Positions 1-14,234 of a DNA stretch of 64,000 nucleotides are shown piece by piece. Both the position numbers and the translations under genes were made by a program. Under the pieces are notes generated by a model. The model worked only from the letters and a program-made list of their open reading frames with translations, was not told where the DNA came from and searched no databases. Position 1 is the first letter of the stretch; every line of letters begins with the position of its first letter. The DNA comes from the human T2T-CHM13v2.0 reference genome, Homo sapiens. The stretch lies in assembly GCF_009914755.1 (NCBI RefSeq), contig NC_060925.1; one strand, 5' to 3'.

Positions 1-1109
1 ATTTGGCAGATTTCATTTTCTTATTCATTTTTATATAGATTTTCTATATTTCAGTCACATTTCAGCTTATTTTATCTGGAAAAATATGAGTCAGTCATAA
101 ATGGCACATTATTACTCATTTCTTTAGTCATTTCTTTACATTTAACTAAAATATTTTTTGCTAATGTAGGCTATGGTTTCAAATTTTGACAGACATTCAT
201 AAATACTTTATATAAAAATTATATTTTTCTTCTTTAAACCTAGAGGAGGTAATATAATTGATGAAATATTTGTAAATGTAGAGCTTATAACATTATCCAA
301 ATATATATTGGATAACTTATCTTTAGAAGACATTGTCCTGCATCTGTGAAATTACATGAGCCATAGGCCAAATGCTTAGCTTTCATGAAATTTTCTCAAT
401 ACCTTCAAAAACTTTATTAATTCATCCAGTTAACTAAGATACTATAGTGGCCCCTTTATATTAATCAGTATTTTGCCCCAGTATAGATTAATGATATCTG
501 TCCATGATATGTATGTATTAGAAAATCTTTCTAATCAAATGTCTTGAACATCTCTGTCCTGTTCACACTCTTTTTTCTATGTATATTTTTATCTATAAAA
601 TATATGTAGCAGCTATTTTGTTGTACTAAAAAAAAAGTTCAGTACAAATCTTATTACACCTACCTTTGCATGCTCAATTTAATGATACTAGAAGTACAAC
701 AACAAACATGTGGGAGTCTGAAATTGTTTTAATGTTTAAGGGTGTTATATTAGAAAAGATATGATATAAATGGTATAAACTAATCAACACTTATTAAAAT
801 GATATTTAATATTTAACTTACACTTTTCCTGCCTTGGGAGACTTGGTAAGAAACCTGGGAATTTTGAAAAATCTGTACATTTATAACTGGATGAAAAGAA
901 GATGTCATTGAAAGAAACAAGATAATCCTCATTCATTGAAAAGTCTCAACAAATATTTAGCCAAGGGCTTATGATGTACTTCATATTGTATTTTAGGAAA
1001 TTGACCCCAGATAATTCCTGATTCTTTTTCTATTTTGTAGAAGTGTTTGCACTAAGTTACAATGTTTGAGATTCCATCATTTAGAAATTCACCTAAGTTA
1101 AGCCAGAGA

Positions 1110-2345
1110 CGTCTGTATCAAGAATCTTTTGACTTCAAGTTAATGAAATCTTTCTCAAACTCTCTGAGATAAATTGGCACTCACTTTCCATTCCCACTTC
1201 TTTCTTAGTGCATTTTCTTCTACAGTAATGACTGAAATGCTAAAAACTACATTTCCCAGACTTCCTTCCACCTTAGCGTCTCTATGAGAAAAAGAGATTC
1301 TTCCAATTAGTGGTACTGAAAAGCTGCGGAGAAGATGGAAAGGAGAAAAAAAAATCCATGTGTCTATTAACATTTGCCATTTTTGCTGGCCAGCAAGGTC
1401 ACGAAGAAGAACTTTTCTGCCTCAGCATTCCACTGTGTCACTGCTAGCGATGTGGGTGTTAGGAGGCAGTCGGATTGTGGCAGAATGAACAGCCTGACTC
1501 CACTGTGCAGACTCCAGCTTTGATGATGTCAAAAGAAGATTCTGGAGTAAGAAGCTTCCTGATCCGGATTCCTATTCCTGGATTTGTAGTTTTTGCATTG
1601 TGTTGCTGAACACAATTCCTCCCTACGCCACACTTTCCTCCTTACGCCACACTTTCTGATGTACCCAAGGTTATAGCTTCCCTGGCAGGACAATTCTGTA
1701 GTGTTCTGGAAGTCAATTCTAGAAGCCCAGTCCTCCAGGATTTCCAATCATTTGGTAAATATTTAATTCACTCTTTTAAATTTTCTTCTGTTTAAAATAC
1801 CTTGTGATTTTTCTTTCATACAATGAACCCTAATATATTGACATAAACTATACCGAGTTATAAAGAGAATTTACTGGCTAACATAATTGAAACACCCTTG
1901 TGTAAATGTGACTCCAGACAGAATGAGTCCAGAAACTCATAGACTTCAACAACATAGCCCAATGCAACTCTCTGCTTTGTCATTTATTATCTTGGCTGAA
2001 TCCTCAAGTATGGTGGAAGATGGCTGTGGCAGCCCGGCTTCTCACATTCCCAGGCTCCAGTCCTGTGGTGAAGACCAGCTGCCCCTCCTCGGCAATCCCA
2101 GCAAAAGCTTCAGTGAATCCTATTGGCTCTGATTAGGTAACATGCCCATCTCTGATGTAGTCATTAAGGCCAAAGCAATTTAAAAGTCCCATTTACCAAA
2201 TTTGCACACTGTATGTTACTCTTAGAATTGAAGCAGTAAGAATGAACTCTATCCAAAACATAATCTAGGAGAACTGGGACTTCTTCAAGGAAATTTAGGT
2301 GCCATTACCACAACAAGAAGCACACGATTCAAAGCCAGACAACAA
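1110..2345 (-). mobile_element. MLT1J/K-like MaLR LTR in two pieces (about 1110-1150 and 1845-2345), split by an ERVL LTR
   Basis: Resembles the reverse MLT1K consensus: 'tcttttgacttcaagttaatgaaatc', resuming at 'gagaatttactggctaacataattgaaa' and 'attggctctgattaggtaacatgcccatctctga'. Confidence 0.55.
1175..1835 (+). mobile_element. LTR33/LTR16-like ERVL solo LTR
   Basis: Family-typical 'aaaactacatttcccagacttcc' and a 3' end 'ttttcttctgtttaaaatac...caatgaaccctaa'. Confidence 0.55.
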
Positions 2346-2879
2346 ATGTTGCTTGTATTTTCCTTAAAATATAAGCACTTCCTGAAGGATTATAATTTTA
2401 TCATTTACATATTAGTAAAAATTTATTCAATCAGATTACTTACCTTTCCATTTTGATAAAGAATTGTTAAATAGAAAACATTAATTTTAAAATACCAAAT
2501 TTCTACTATGATGTAGTCTCTAATCTCTGCCGTTATGAATCTTACAAAGCAATAATAAGGCAATTGCATAATTCATTACAAGTAGAAAAAACAAAGCTAC
2601 CAGAAGACAAGTAGAGATAAAATGCTATCGACACTCAGAAGAAGGATGAATTATTTCAGTTGGGAAAATTGAGAAAAGCTTCATGGAACTCACAGAGATG
2701 AGAAGAGGTCAGTACAGGTAAATGATAAACGGGGAGAGCATAAGAATTTATTGAGAAGTTTATTGAAAGCAGTGTAAGAAAGAATTTTCTAAGAACTGTA
2801 ATAATCTTTTCATAATTACCTTTTTTCTTTTTTTCTTTTTTTTTGCAAAGTTCATATAATGATAATGCCAGAGGAATAG

Positions 2880-3272
<393 letters not shown>

Positions 3273-4339
3273 TAACCTTGTTTTAAAAAGGATTTGAGAT
3301 GGCTGACCTAGCAATTAATTGGATATGCGGGCCAGTGAGGGAGAAAAGATAAAGATGACATTCGATAAATATATGTTGAAAAATGAGTTAATTTACTGAG
3401 CCTTGGTGACTCGAAGATGGAAATGTCACTACGAGAGTTGAGCAAGTCAGGAAGGAGTTGATTTGTAGAGATAATGGGAATTGACAGCAAATATATTACA
3501 GCAGACACTTCTTGTGTTTTTAACTACATGGATTGGTTGTACCAAAAAAAAAAAAGAAGAGGAAGAAGAAGAAGAAAGAAGACAATTTAGTTGCCTTGTG
3601 GCAGTCTTTACAAGCTGTGAAAAATGCCCCCTCTGAACTTCAGTTGTGGTCAGAAAGCGTAGTATCGTGAGTCTCTCCCTAAGTAGACAGACAGCAGGTG
3701 GAACTGACTTTGCTTGTGATATCATGGGACTCCCAAATACTCCATCTTCTGCAGCAATTGGAAAATTGCAGCAATTGCAGTAATCGGAACTTTACTTAGA
3801 GCTACTTGGAGTCAGGGGGCTTACACTGCATTCTATAAAAAGTATCACAGTATCCTTCCTTTTATCTTCTCTCAAAAGGTGCATGAATGGCCACTTTTCA
3901 TGACTCTGGCCACCCTAATAATATCACTGCAAAGATTATCCAGAGAGGAGAATTGGACTCCCTATTTCAGAAACAGCTGTTTCAAAATAGTCAAAGCAAT
4001 GAATTCATATGTTGTTTAAGTGCAATAAATATTTCCAATATTCTTGTAGCATATATGGAAGATAGATATCATCTTGACTCTGCAGATTAAAAACAAATGA
4101 GGGAAGGAAAAAGATTTGCTCACACTAGCAGACTACTGTAATTAGAGGCATAAACCAGAACTGGATGCTGCCTAAAATCAATGCTTTCAGCTTTCCCCAG
4201 CATACTTCGTGACTGTGCCATTCCCATAAGCAGCAATGGAGAAAAGATATACCCTTCCTGCCCTCCTACAAACAAAACACTTGCTCAACTGTAATTCTGT
4301 TTCACCAGCTTAATATAGACATTACATATCTAAACTCAA

Positions 4340-4445
4340 GTCTATAGGATTCAGACAGTTCTGGCTGTACACTTGGATAGGTGACCTAAGCCTTAGTTTT
4401 CTCATCTGCAAAATAGAGACAGCAATAATACTTTCTTCATATCAT
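4340..4445 (+). mobile_element. MIR fragment
   Basis: MIR core 'gccttagttttctcatctgcaaaatagag'. Confidence 0.7.
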
Positions 4446-7113
4446 AACTACTGTTTTCAGAGTACATGCTGGGTTAGGTGTTTAGTACAGACTTTCAACC
4501 CCGTATGTCCTCTGAAACCAATACTTTTTATTCTTAACAAGTTCCTTTTGCTGATAAAAGACATTTCTTTTCTCCTGAGAGATAAATTTCCACTTATAAA
4601 TGCATTGTTTGCTTGAAAATAATTAGTATATTTGCAGTGTTCAGTTGTTCATTTTAAAAGGTGTAGAAACAAGAGACTTTTTAGCCCTATGAAACTATTT
4701 CAGGAGTAATCTCTTTAATAAAAACAACACTCTGTGTTTTAAATCTTTCATTATTCACTTGTGTATGGTGAACTGAGATGGATACTGCATCCTCCTTGGA
4801 TCTGAAGACTAAAATGTGCTCAGCTGCAGACCAATTATGATATTCAAGTATTTTCAAGACTGCTGAATGGGATATGTTGAGCTGTGCTTGTGTGATTAGC
4901 TTCATTGATTTCTATAGAAAATGCAGTACTTAACTTCAATCATTATAGTAGTTGAGTAGTTCAAGGAAGTTTACACTTCCTTTGAAATTCACAAGGAACA
5001 TACAGTACAAAGCCAGCCATGTAAGGGTCACAATGACAATTTACCAAAATTAGAGGTCTCAGGATCATCTATAATCTGTCCATTTGAACAGATTAGACCA
5101 TGTGATTACTCAGATGTGTGTTTTCAGTCTTACCTTACTTACAGATTACACGGTGCAATTACTTGCAAACAACTATCGATTACTTTAAAAATAAATAGGA
5201 ACCCATTACATGGGAGTCTCCACTCTTTCTTTTGTTCAGAAATATTTTACTGTCTTCTAGTGGAAATAGTGATGTCTTGTGCCTGGAAAATGATCAGGCA
5301 TTCACTAAAAAATATGGAGGCTTTTATCACAATGAAAACACTTCACGTGGAAAACTGGTGGTTAATGGATCCTCAATAATAACAGACATAAAACTTGGTG
5401 GGCTCTTAATCTATCTTTCCACCTATCCAACTAATTATTTCTATGACACCTATGATCAAAGTTACTTAGTTGAGCTGAGAGAGATATTAGAATTTCAACA
5501 TAATGCATGATGAAGATTTTCTCCTGTCTTTACTCGGCCGGAGCCATATTGGGATGTATTAGGATTAGTGATACAATGTCTATAACGTACCCTGAGCTCC
5601 TTGGAAGGGAGTCACTACAGAATTTGAAAGCTTAAAATGTTATGCTTATCTCACCCACACATCGGAGGGAGTCTTTCCTTGGCAGCTTGGGTGATATTTG
5701 GCCTATCAGTTGCTGTCAACAATTTATTTGCCATAATGTTCAAGGCCTGGCAGATATTTCTATTATACAGAAGACCAGCAACTTGAGGACTGTTCTGCAG
5801 TCTTCCAGAGTCAAAGCAAAGATCTTCATGAAGATAATAAAAGAAGCAAATTACATGATTCTACTTCTACTTCGACTTCTCACGAAGACCCTTATCTAAA
5901 GCAGAATCACATGAAAAATAGCCTGCTCATCCTTTCTGCCAAGTCAAAAATCAGAGGTCCATGATCAATAGTGCAGTGAGTAATTAACAGTTCTGATATA
6001 TTTTGAAGCACTGTTTTCAAACATTTGCACAGAGCAGTGTTGAAAATGTAGTATTCCTTATTCTCAAAACTCTTCTGATAAAATGTGGATTTAGTTTTGT
6101 TATAGTGTCAGCAATACCAGAATTCGAAAGTGAAACTCCCAACTACCTCTTCCATTTTTATCTCTTGTGTTATACATTCTCCACTTTGGTTTTTGTAAGA
6201 TGATACTTATTAAACGTATCCAAGATATTGTCCTAGCTGCCAGTTGTTGTTTCTTTTGCTTTTTGCCCTGTGAACTCACTGAAAGCTTTTTTTCTTTAAG
6301 GACCTGCAGATAATTGAGCTATGCGTGCAAGGATGATGGTTAAATGGCAGGTCAAATGTATAGCCTATGAAAGGGTTGGTAGCTTCCAGTGTTCAATATC
6401 ACCAGGTCGTTGTTACAGAAGTAGTAAAAAATATTCTTCAAATATAATCCTTTCACACCACTCAAATTGAGTCAGGAAACCTTTCTCAGGCTTTTGCAAG
6501 GTTTCATCAAGTAAAATAAACATAATATTATATACATAGCCATTGCATAAGGGTTTAGCTGCATGAACTTTGAAGGCAACATTGTTCCAATGTTCCATTT
6601 GAGAATAAAAGAACATACTTGATTGAATACTGCAGATGATGTCCATAGGAACACGTTAAGTTATCTCATTCATTCATTGAATCACTCGTGCACTCAATGA
6701 ACACATACTTGCATTCAACAAATACATTGCATATTCATCTATTCTGGTAACAAGGAAACTTTTGTTCCAACAGGAGATTGAGTTTTTGTGAAAAGTTTAA
6801 TTTCTTCTTTTGTCCAATTCTTTAGATCTAGACAATCAGAGCTGACATATAAAAAATTGTAATTTTAATAATTTTTATAATTTTGTAAGTATCTGGCAGT
6901 CCCAAATCTTATTTCCATCAAAGGATTGCTTTCAATTTGATTTCACTGGTGCTTTTCTTTTCTTTCTTTTAACTTGTCATCATAATGACATATTGGAAGA
7001 CTATCGTAAGTGGATACCACTAAAAACACACTATTTCACTTTTGAGTTCACCAGTGTTTTTCAGGTCAAAAAATTATTGGTAGTAGTTTTTAGTAATGTA
7101 TTCATTGCAATAA

Positions 7114-7387
7114 CAGTAGTCCCCAACCTTTTGGCACCAGGGACTGGTTTCATGGAAGACAGTTTTTCCATGGAAGTTGGGGAACCATTCCACCTCAGAT
7201 CATCAGGCATTAGATTCTCATAAGGAGCATGCAACCCAGATCCCTCACATGTGCAGTTCAAAACAGGGCTTGGGCTCCAATGAGAATTTAATGCCATCGC
7301 TGACCTGCCAGGAGGCAGAGCTCAGGTGGCAATGCTCACCTGCCAGCCACTGCTACTGGTCTGTGGCCCAGAGGTTGGAGACTCCTG
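7114..7387 (+). mobile_element. MER1B (hAT-Charlie MITE)
   Basis: Terminal inverted repeats (TIRs) 'cagtagtccccaacc' and 'ggttggagactcctg'; internal 'ccacctcagatcatcaggcattagattctcataaggagc'. Confidence 0.9.
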
Positions 7388-7401
7388 CATAGGATATTAA
7401 A

Positions 7402-7531
7402 CCCTTTTATGGCTAGTGTTCCATTATTGGAACGCTAAGCATGTGGGAGTTGTCTATAGCCTACTGCTCAAGGTTATTGCCAAGGTCTGATGGCAAAAAT
7501 TCAAAAAATTGCAACTTCAGGCATAAATGGG
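7402..7531 (+). mobile_element. MER85 (piggyBac/PGBD3-derived MITE), complete
   Basis: TIRs 'cccttttatggct' and 'aggcataaatggg'. TTAA at 7397-7400 (one extra A before the TIR) and at 7532-7535. Internal palindrome GTTCCATTATTGGAAC at 7418-7433. Confidence 0.95.
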
Positions 7532-10500
7532 TTAACTGTACCCAAGGAGGAGTTAGATGCTTTGGTTTAGGGTCTTGTCCAATCTGCTTTAACTGTTATT
7601 TGAATGGTAGAAGTGAACGTTTCTCCAAATTATCTTGTGTCAAGCGACGGCCAAATATCAAACGTCAGAGCATCAATATAAACATACTTCACACATTGAT
7701 TATGAGAGTAATACCTGTTTTGATATGAGATTATATTTCCAAGTCTGTTGACCTGGGCAATTCTCTTGTGTATAATATCAGGCAATCCTCAAGGTCTACC
7801 TCAAAGTGTCCCTCTGTTATTTCTGGAATCTGTGAGAAATGGTCATATACATTGTAAAGTTGCCCATTGCACTCTTAAGTCCCTCAGGTGTCACTTGTAA
7901 AGCTGCTTTTTAATCATATTCTGTTCTCTTTGGTCATTAATTGTTACTATCCATTTGTCACAGATGAAAATATTTCCATTGTATAAACTCAAGGAGGTTA
8001 AAATATTAGCTTTCTGCCCTCAAAAAAAAATTAATTAAAGAAATGTAATCTAGTTTAATAAAAAAAAATGTCAAGAAGGCATTGCAGAATGTTAGAGGAA
8101 AGATTGCTCATGAACTTCAGCTTAGCAATTGGTCTGTTGAATCTATTTGAAAGAAAAATGTGAACAGAGAATTGCCCAGGCTAACAGGCCTGAGTGGGGA
8201 TGGCTACAAATCCTTATTTTTCTCTGACACACACACACACAAAAAATGGAACTTGATGTTCAGAAAGCATTGCCCTTCCATGAAAAAAATAATTAATAAA
8301 AATCATTTTATTATATGCAGCATGCTTTAGGGGCTACAATCTAGGTGAAGTTAAAAGTGAACCTTTTTTTGTTTTGGTTTGGTTTTTTTAATTGTAGAGG
8401 ACACTAAGAAGCAAAGTTTATCCCATTCTTTAGTCAGGAGGTGAGGCAGAACTCTGGAATGTAAGATTGCTCAAAAACATCTGCACTTGCCAACAGTTAA
8501 CTTATGGGAATAAAACCTTTTCTGTATAAGTGATTAGATTCTCTGAGCTTCAAAGAGAGTTGCGGCATCTTAATTACATGGAATATAACTACTCCAGTTA
8601 AAAACAAAATATTCAAGGTGAAAACACAGTAGAATTAAGCAGTATTATTTCAACCTTGAAACTGAAGCTATATCTTATCACTCTATTGCCCCATAATGGA
8701 AAACTGAACTTGAGTTAATCAGTATTCCTGATTACAAATAGGAAAATTGTGGGGATTTTTCAGAACCTTCTTTTCATTGTAAAGGAAATGTCATGACCGT
8801 GATTTAGATAGAAATATTTTGCAGAGGATAAAAGGTTTTTAAAATTCTGATAAATACAGGCTAACTTCTGAGATTTATAACTTATTGAACTTTTTATGCA
8901 TAAAACATTTAGATTAATTCATTTAAATAAATGATTGGATTGTTCTCCTGTCACTGCCTCAGATGTACCTACTTGGTCTTTCTTTTCCATAAAGTACATT
9001 TAGTGATTAGCTGAGTACATTTAAATGCAATTTGTCTTGAATAAGAAAAATGTGAAGATAAAGTAGCTGTAAACAACTAACTAAATAATGCTATAACAAT
9101 GCAGAGAAGAGACACAAAGCTGAATAGATGAGAGAGTTGCAAGCATTGAATATGGATTGAGACTGTAGTTCACAGTAAGTGTATCTGCCTATCTTACTTG
9201 TTTGTTTCATATTTTTAACTAGGCTGGGGAAAAAAACAAGACTACATGAATACTTTATCATTTTACTGTATACTTGCTTCTGTGTCATTCTAGCCAACCC
9301 TGTTGCATGATAATGACAACCCAAGCTCGGAGCAATAGAGACACAGAGTTTATTCACCAATTCAGTACACACCAAGTAAAATGGGGTCCATATAACTAAA
9401 TGCTAGGTTAATTTTATAGCTTGTATGACCCCAGTGTACACCAGAGTTCTTCCATATTACTCAGAGGCAGAAAACATTCATAGTTCAGGGCAGTTGCAGA
9501 CCACTCTAGGAATCCCACATCCTAGGAATTCCATGTCAAGGCAAATCATCGCTCTGATTTAACTCAAATAAGTAAAACAAGAAATGAAATCTTTGCTCAA
9601 AATAATCATGTTTTCCAAAATTTCTTCAAAATAAGAATTTATTAGGTTTGACCCAGAATGGGACCCATTTCCTCTCTGTGTGCTCCGAGCTACCCATTTC
9701 ACTGAGAGCTCCAGAAACAAAAAAAACAGAGTATGTCCTGACAGTTTGCACTAAAGGCCATAAGAAAGCCCTGTACTCATAGTTACTCCTGTGGGATTTT
9801 TCCTCTTATAACCTCTTATAACAGTCATTCATGTCTTCTGGCTGAATATTCAGCATTTATAAATATCAACATATTTCATCATTTTCAATTGAATTAGAGA
9901 AAGATTTACACAAACTGAAGAGAAACTACAGCATGAGAATTACAAGAATAGTGCACTATGTAGCAAAGTTCCTGAGAATTAAAAATAGAATTATTGTAAA
10001 TCTATGTATGTAGAAGACCAAAGAAAACAGGTTTAAACCAACTCATGACCTGCATTAGCCTTTCGTTTTTACCATTTTTCTCCAGTATATTAATTGTTTC
10101 CAAAAGTAAAAATAATTTTTACATATTGGAATAGTGTTGGAAAAGCATTAAGATGTTCCATTCTCTTTTTGTTTATAGACAAAATGCGTAAAGTGCTAAA
10201 GCGCTGACAAAGGGATTGGATGGGGCTCAATCCTCTGAATTAGATTCTATTCAAAAGCAGTCTTTTCTTTTGGCAGGAGCCCTACTTACTTCCAAAGACA
10301 AAAAGGGTCACACTTTTTTTTCTTCTGGAGATTCTTTACTCCTTTCTGACGTTTTATCCTGTTGTCCCTCTCTGTTGCTGCTATTTTTTGAGTTAGTTAT
10401 GCAGCTTAATTTGATCATGCTTAGCACAGTGAGAGATCAGACTAATCTTCTGTTCTCCTTTTGGATCATTTACTGCAAAATGTTCTAGGTCTTATGAAAT

Positions 10501-11344
10501 TGCAGGATTCCTCTGTCAACTGCACACATAAAACCATCCTCCATATGTCTTTGTCTTTAAACTCTCTTCTAAATATTTGAGAGTGAAAACACATGGACTG
10601 GGAGATCAAATGCTCTCTATGAAATATAATTTCATAGCTATCTGTCATAATTAATTCCAAGTCTTGTGACACAATGTTAAATATACTTTGGATAACTCAT
10701 AAATCACCTAAAGATATACATATACATATATATACACACACATATATACAGAGAAGAATCTCTTCTATTAAAAAAATCTTTTAAGACTAACAATATAATA
10801 TTTTTTAATGTTCTGTGTTTTCATCTGTTAGATGACTCAATTTGCTTTGAAAATTTGTTCTGCAATTCTATATAATTGACAAGATATATTCATGTAAGTT
10901 GTTTATTTCTCAAAAGCCTGGGTATTTGAGTTTGTTGAATTTTTGTTTTTTATTTGTAGTATGTTTGATGCTTGTGGTGTGTGTGTGTCTGTGTGTGTGT
11001 TCTGTCTTCCCAGTGAATATGCATCTTAGAATTCTTGAGAGTTATGTCTATTTGATGTATAACATCATTTTTATGCAGTTTATGCCAGTGTAATTCCTCA
11101 AAACCATCACTAACTCAACATAGACCAAGATAAACATAACTTCTTAAGCTGAAATGTTTCAAACTTATTCTGGCCAATTTAAGTAGGGTAGAAAGTTCAG
11201 TATTACCATATTTTTAAAACACAAATTTCTTTTATTATGGACTAATACCTATATCACAAAAGAAAAATATGGAGAAGAGATAAGAAATAAAAATAGCTAA
11301 AATCCTTTGCTCATCACTGTCGGCATTTTTTGATGTCTTTTTTC

Positions 11345-11505
11345 CCACCACTGCATTTGAAAGTAGCTTTTCTGGATGTCTTTATTTACAACTATTCTGG
11401 GCACATAATGGATAGAAGAGTAATAACGCTCATTTTCATAAGGAAACTCAGGCCTCTCAGCATGAGTTTTGGTGCCCATATGTAAGATGGCACATGACAC
11501 CATGT
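11345..11505 (-). mobile_element. MIR fragment
   Basis: 'ctcattttcataaggaaactcaggcctc' resembles the reverse MIR core. Confidence 0.55.
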
Positions 11506-12069
11506 TACATGTATTTCCTAGTCTTGCTCTGTTAAGTCATCTTTCTATGCCTTTCCAATTTGCCTAAATTAACAAGCAATTCAACTGGCAGACACTTTAG
11601 GGCATGATAGTTATGAGAGAAGACTAACAATGAAGGCTTATGTGTCTCATCCTCCCAGGTAAAGATGTGTATTTTAAAGGAGGTCTTCTAGTGTTAGTGT
11701 CTTTTCTAATGCCACCTGGAGCTAGGATTCCCTGCAGAATATCTCTGATCACATTAGCAGTGTTTATTGAACTCCCACAGGGTGTAAAACCCTGTGCTAG
11801 GATCCGCACTTACGAGAAATATTCATAGTCCCAGATTTTTCCCAGATGGCAATTTAGTACTAAAATATTGTGTGTAGAAGTCAGTAAAAAGACAAAGGTT
11901 GGAAGGGGCAGGCTGTAGTATGAAAAGCTGCAGAATCAAAGTCAAACATACTTGCATTTGAATTCAGCTTTATGACATTGCTACTCTGGGACTATAGGAG
12001 GGCTACTGAGATTTTCAGAGACTTGGGTTCCCATGTATGAAAAGCAGAAGCAGCAGCATCATTATCATG

Positions 12070-12322
12070 ATGGATAATACTTATTGAATGATTATCATGT
12101 TCCAGGCATGCTCTGTAGTACTTTGCATATTTTAACTCAGTTATTCCTTATAACAAACCTGAGAGGCAAGCATTATCTCCCCATTTACAAATGATAAAAT
12201 TGAGGCATAGAGGATTAAATAGCTTGCCCAAGGTCACATTGCTAGGAGATGAAGGAGCCAGGATTTGATACTGGGCAGTCTGAATCTAATATCTGAATTT
12301 TTAACCACTATTCTACACTGCC
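12070..12322 (-). mobile_element. MIR, near full length, apparently nested in a plus-strand MIR (about 11910-12050 and 12323-12360)
   Basis: 'ccccatttacaaatgataaaattgaggcatagaggattaaatagcttgcccaaggtcaca' through 'ttaaccactattctacactgcc'. Confidence 0.85.
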
Positions 12323-12904
12323 TAATGAGACTTTTGTAAGAATTAAATAAAATAATAGATATCCTCTATTAGCAATGTGCAAAGCCATAACTTGTAATAG
12401 CCTCTGATTCCCAGATGACCTGAGAAGTTTCTCAAAGAGAAAGGTTTACTTGAAAGTACAACTTGACTTGTGACTTAACAGAGGAAAAGGTAATGAAAAG
12501 TTGCTCTATTTTTTTTTTTGAGATGCAAAGAACATTTACTTGAACTTTACTGCACTTCTCTGAGTGTGAAATTCTTCCCTCTCAGAAAACCTTAATTCTT
12601 TCCCCAAAAAGGTTCATGTTAGCCTCCAAATTTTCTGCTGAGAGTTTCAAAGGTAAAATCAGAAGTAAGGTCATTCCTTAGAAATAGTATAGCTGTCATA
12701 CCTGGATTTCAACACAGATTTCAGAATACAGAGTTTTCTACAAAATATACAATGACAAAAGTTATTATGCCCTTTTTAAGTTTATATTCATCAGAAATGT
12801 TTACTCATTCAATAAATGCATTTTCATTAAGGCAATCAGCATAAGAATCTACTGTATATCAGACACAGTACAAGACCCTGAGATTACAAAGGCAATTTGT
12901 TTGC

Positions 12905-13455
12905 ATTGCATCACCATTGGTAGATTCACAGTTCTTACTACTTTGTATCCTCTTCCTTCTTAGTGCAACATTACCCCAGTTCAGTGTGGGGAAACCAAGT
13001 CCTACTCCCAACTTAGTGTATGATCTTTGGCAGAATCTGGTATCACCTCCTGGGTTCAATTACATGGAGTCCTGGCCAAAATAGTTTGTTCAACTACTCT
13101 TATCCAATCTGATGGAACCTTGAGAGTTTGCTGAGAATTTTGAGACAAAGACATTGGTTCTTCACACTCAGCAGCATCATGTGACTATGAAGTCCTTGGA
13201 GCTTCCAGCAGACATATTTCCATCTTGAGGACAGCTAGTCTTAAGGTGAAGCGAACCCCACAGATGCCGGAGTGTTCAGATGGGAAAAAATTACAATAAA
13301 AACAGGTTCTTGATGCTATCATTAAATTGCTGTATTAAGCCACCCCTGAAATTTGACTCCTCCAGTTGTTTCAGTTATATGTGAACCAATAAATTCCCTT
13401 TATTAGTTAAGCCAATTGAATGTGGATTTTATGTTCTTAGAAGTAACAGACTTGT
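12905..13455 (+). mobile_element. MLT1J/K-like MaLR LTR
   Basis: 3' end 'ttcagttatatgtgaaccaataaattcccttttattagttaagccaattgaatgtggatttt'. Confidence 0.7.
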
Positions 13456-13517
13456 GATTATTATAAATTCCTAGAGTCAATACAATCTAAAGTTCTATTT
13501 TTCACAACCCTGACAAT

Positions 13518-14013
13518 CATAGCCCTGAGATGCACTAGTAAAATGAATTGCCTCTCGTACCAAGTGTACCTGGCATACATTTTGAGCTCCCTGGATCTTA
13601 CAGGTACTCAGCTACAGAGCCACAAAGGATCAAATAGTTTGTTGATTTGCCAAAGTTTTTAGCTTGTTTTGTTTTGTTTTGTTTGGTGTGATTGCCTAAA
13701 AGAAATCCAACAATTGGACAAATATCAGAGCATCTTTATAACTTGTTGCAATTGTTCAAACATAGCCATGAGATGCACTAGCAAAATGAGTTGCCCTTAG
13801 TACCAAGTGTATCTGGCATACATTTTGAGCTCCCTGGATCTTACTGGTACTCAGCTACTGAGCCACAAAGGATTAAATCGTTTGTTGATTTGCCAAAGTT
13901 TTCAGCTTGTTTTGTTTTGTTTTGTTTGGTTTGGTTTGGTGTGATTGTCTAAAAGAAATCCAACAATATGACAAATATCAGAGCATCTTTATAACTTGTT
14001 GCAACGGTTCAAC
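13518..14013. repeat. Direct tandem duplication of a ~243-bp unit (13518-13760 and 13761-14013)
   Basis: Both copies start 'catagcc(c/a)tgagatgcactag' and end 'ataacttgttgcaa..gttcaa'. About 17 substitutions by hand count, plus a 10-bp (TTTGG)2 expansion in copy 2. Confidence 0.97.
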
Positions 14014-14234
14014 CAGATTTAGCACTTTTGATAGCCAGTGACTGAATAATAAGAAATTCCTGGACTAATGTCTTCGAAAATATCTTTAAAGACATTGCAC
14101 TAAATCTAATATTGTCAAAATGACCTATAAAACACTGCATAAATTAGGAAGAATGGTAAACATAGAGGTGCAAACAGGTATTATTTATTATTTTTTCCAT
14201 CTTCTTTAAATTTTCTAATTTGCTCTACCCCACC

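Noticed and set aside
3688-3705. CTCF-like 'acagcaggtggaac'
   Set aside because: Lacks the conserved 3' GGC(G/A) part of the motif; at most an E-box.
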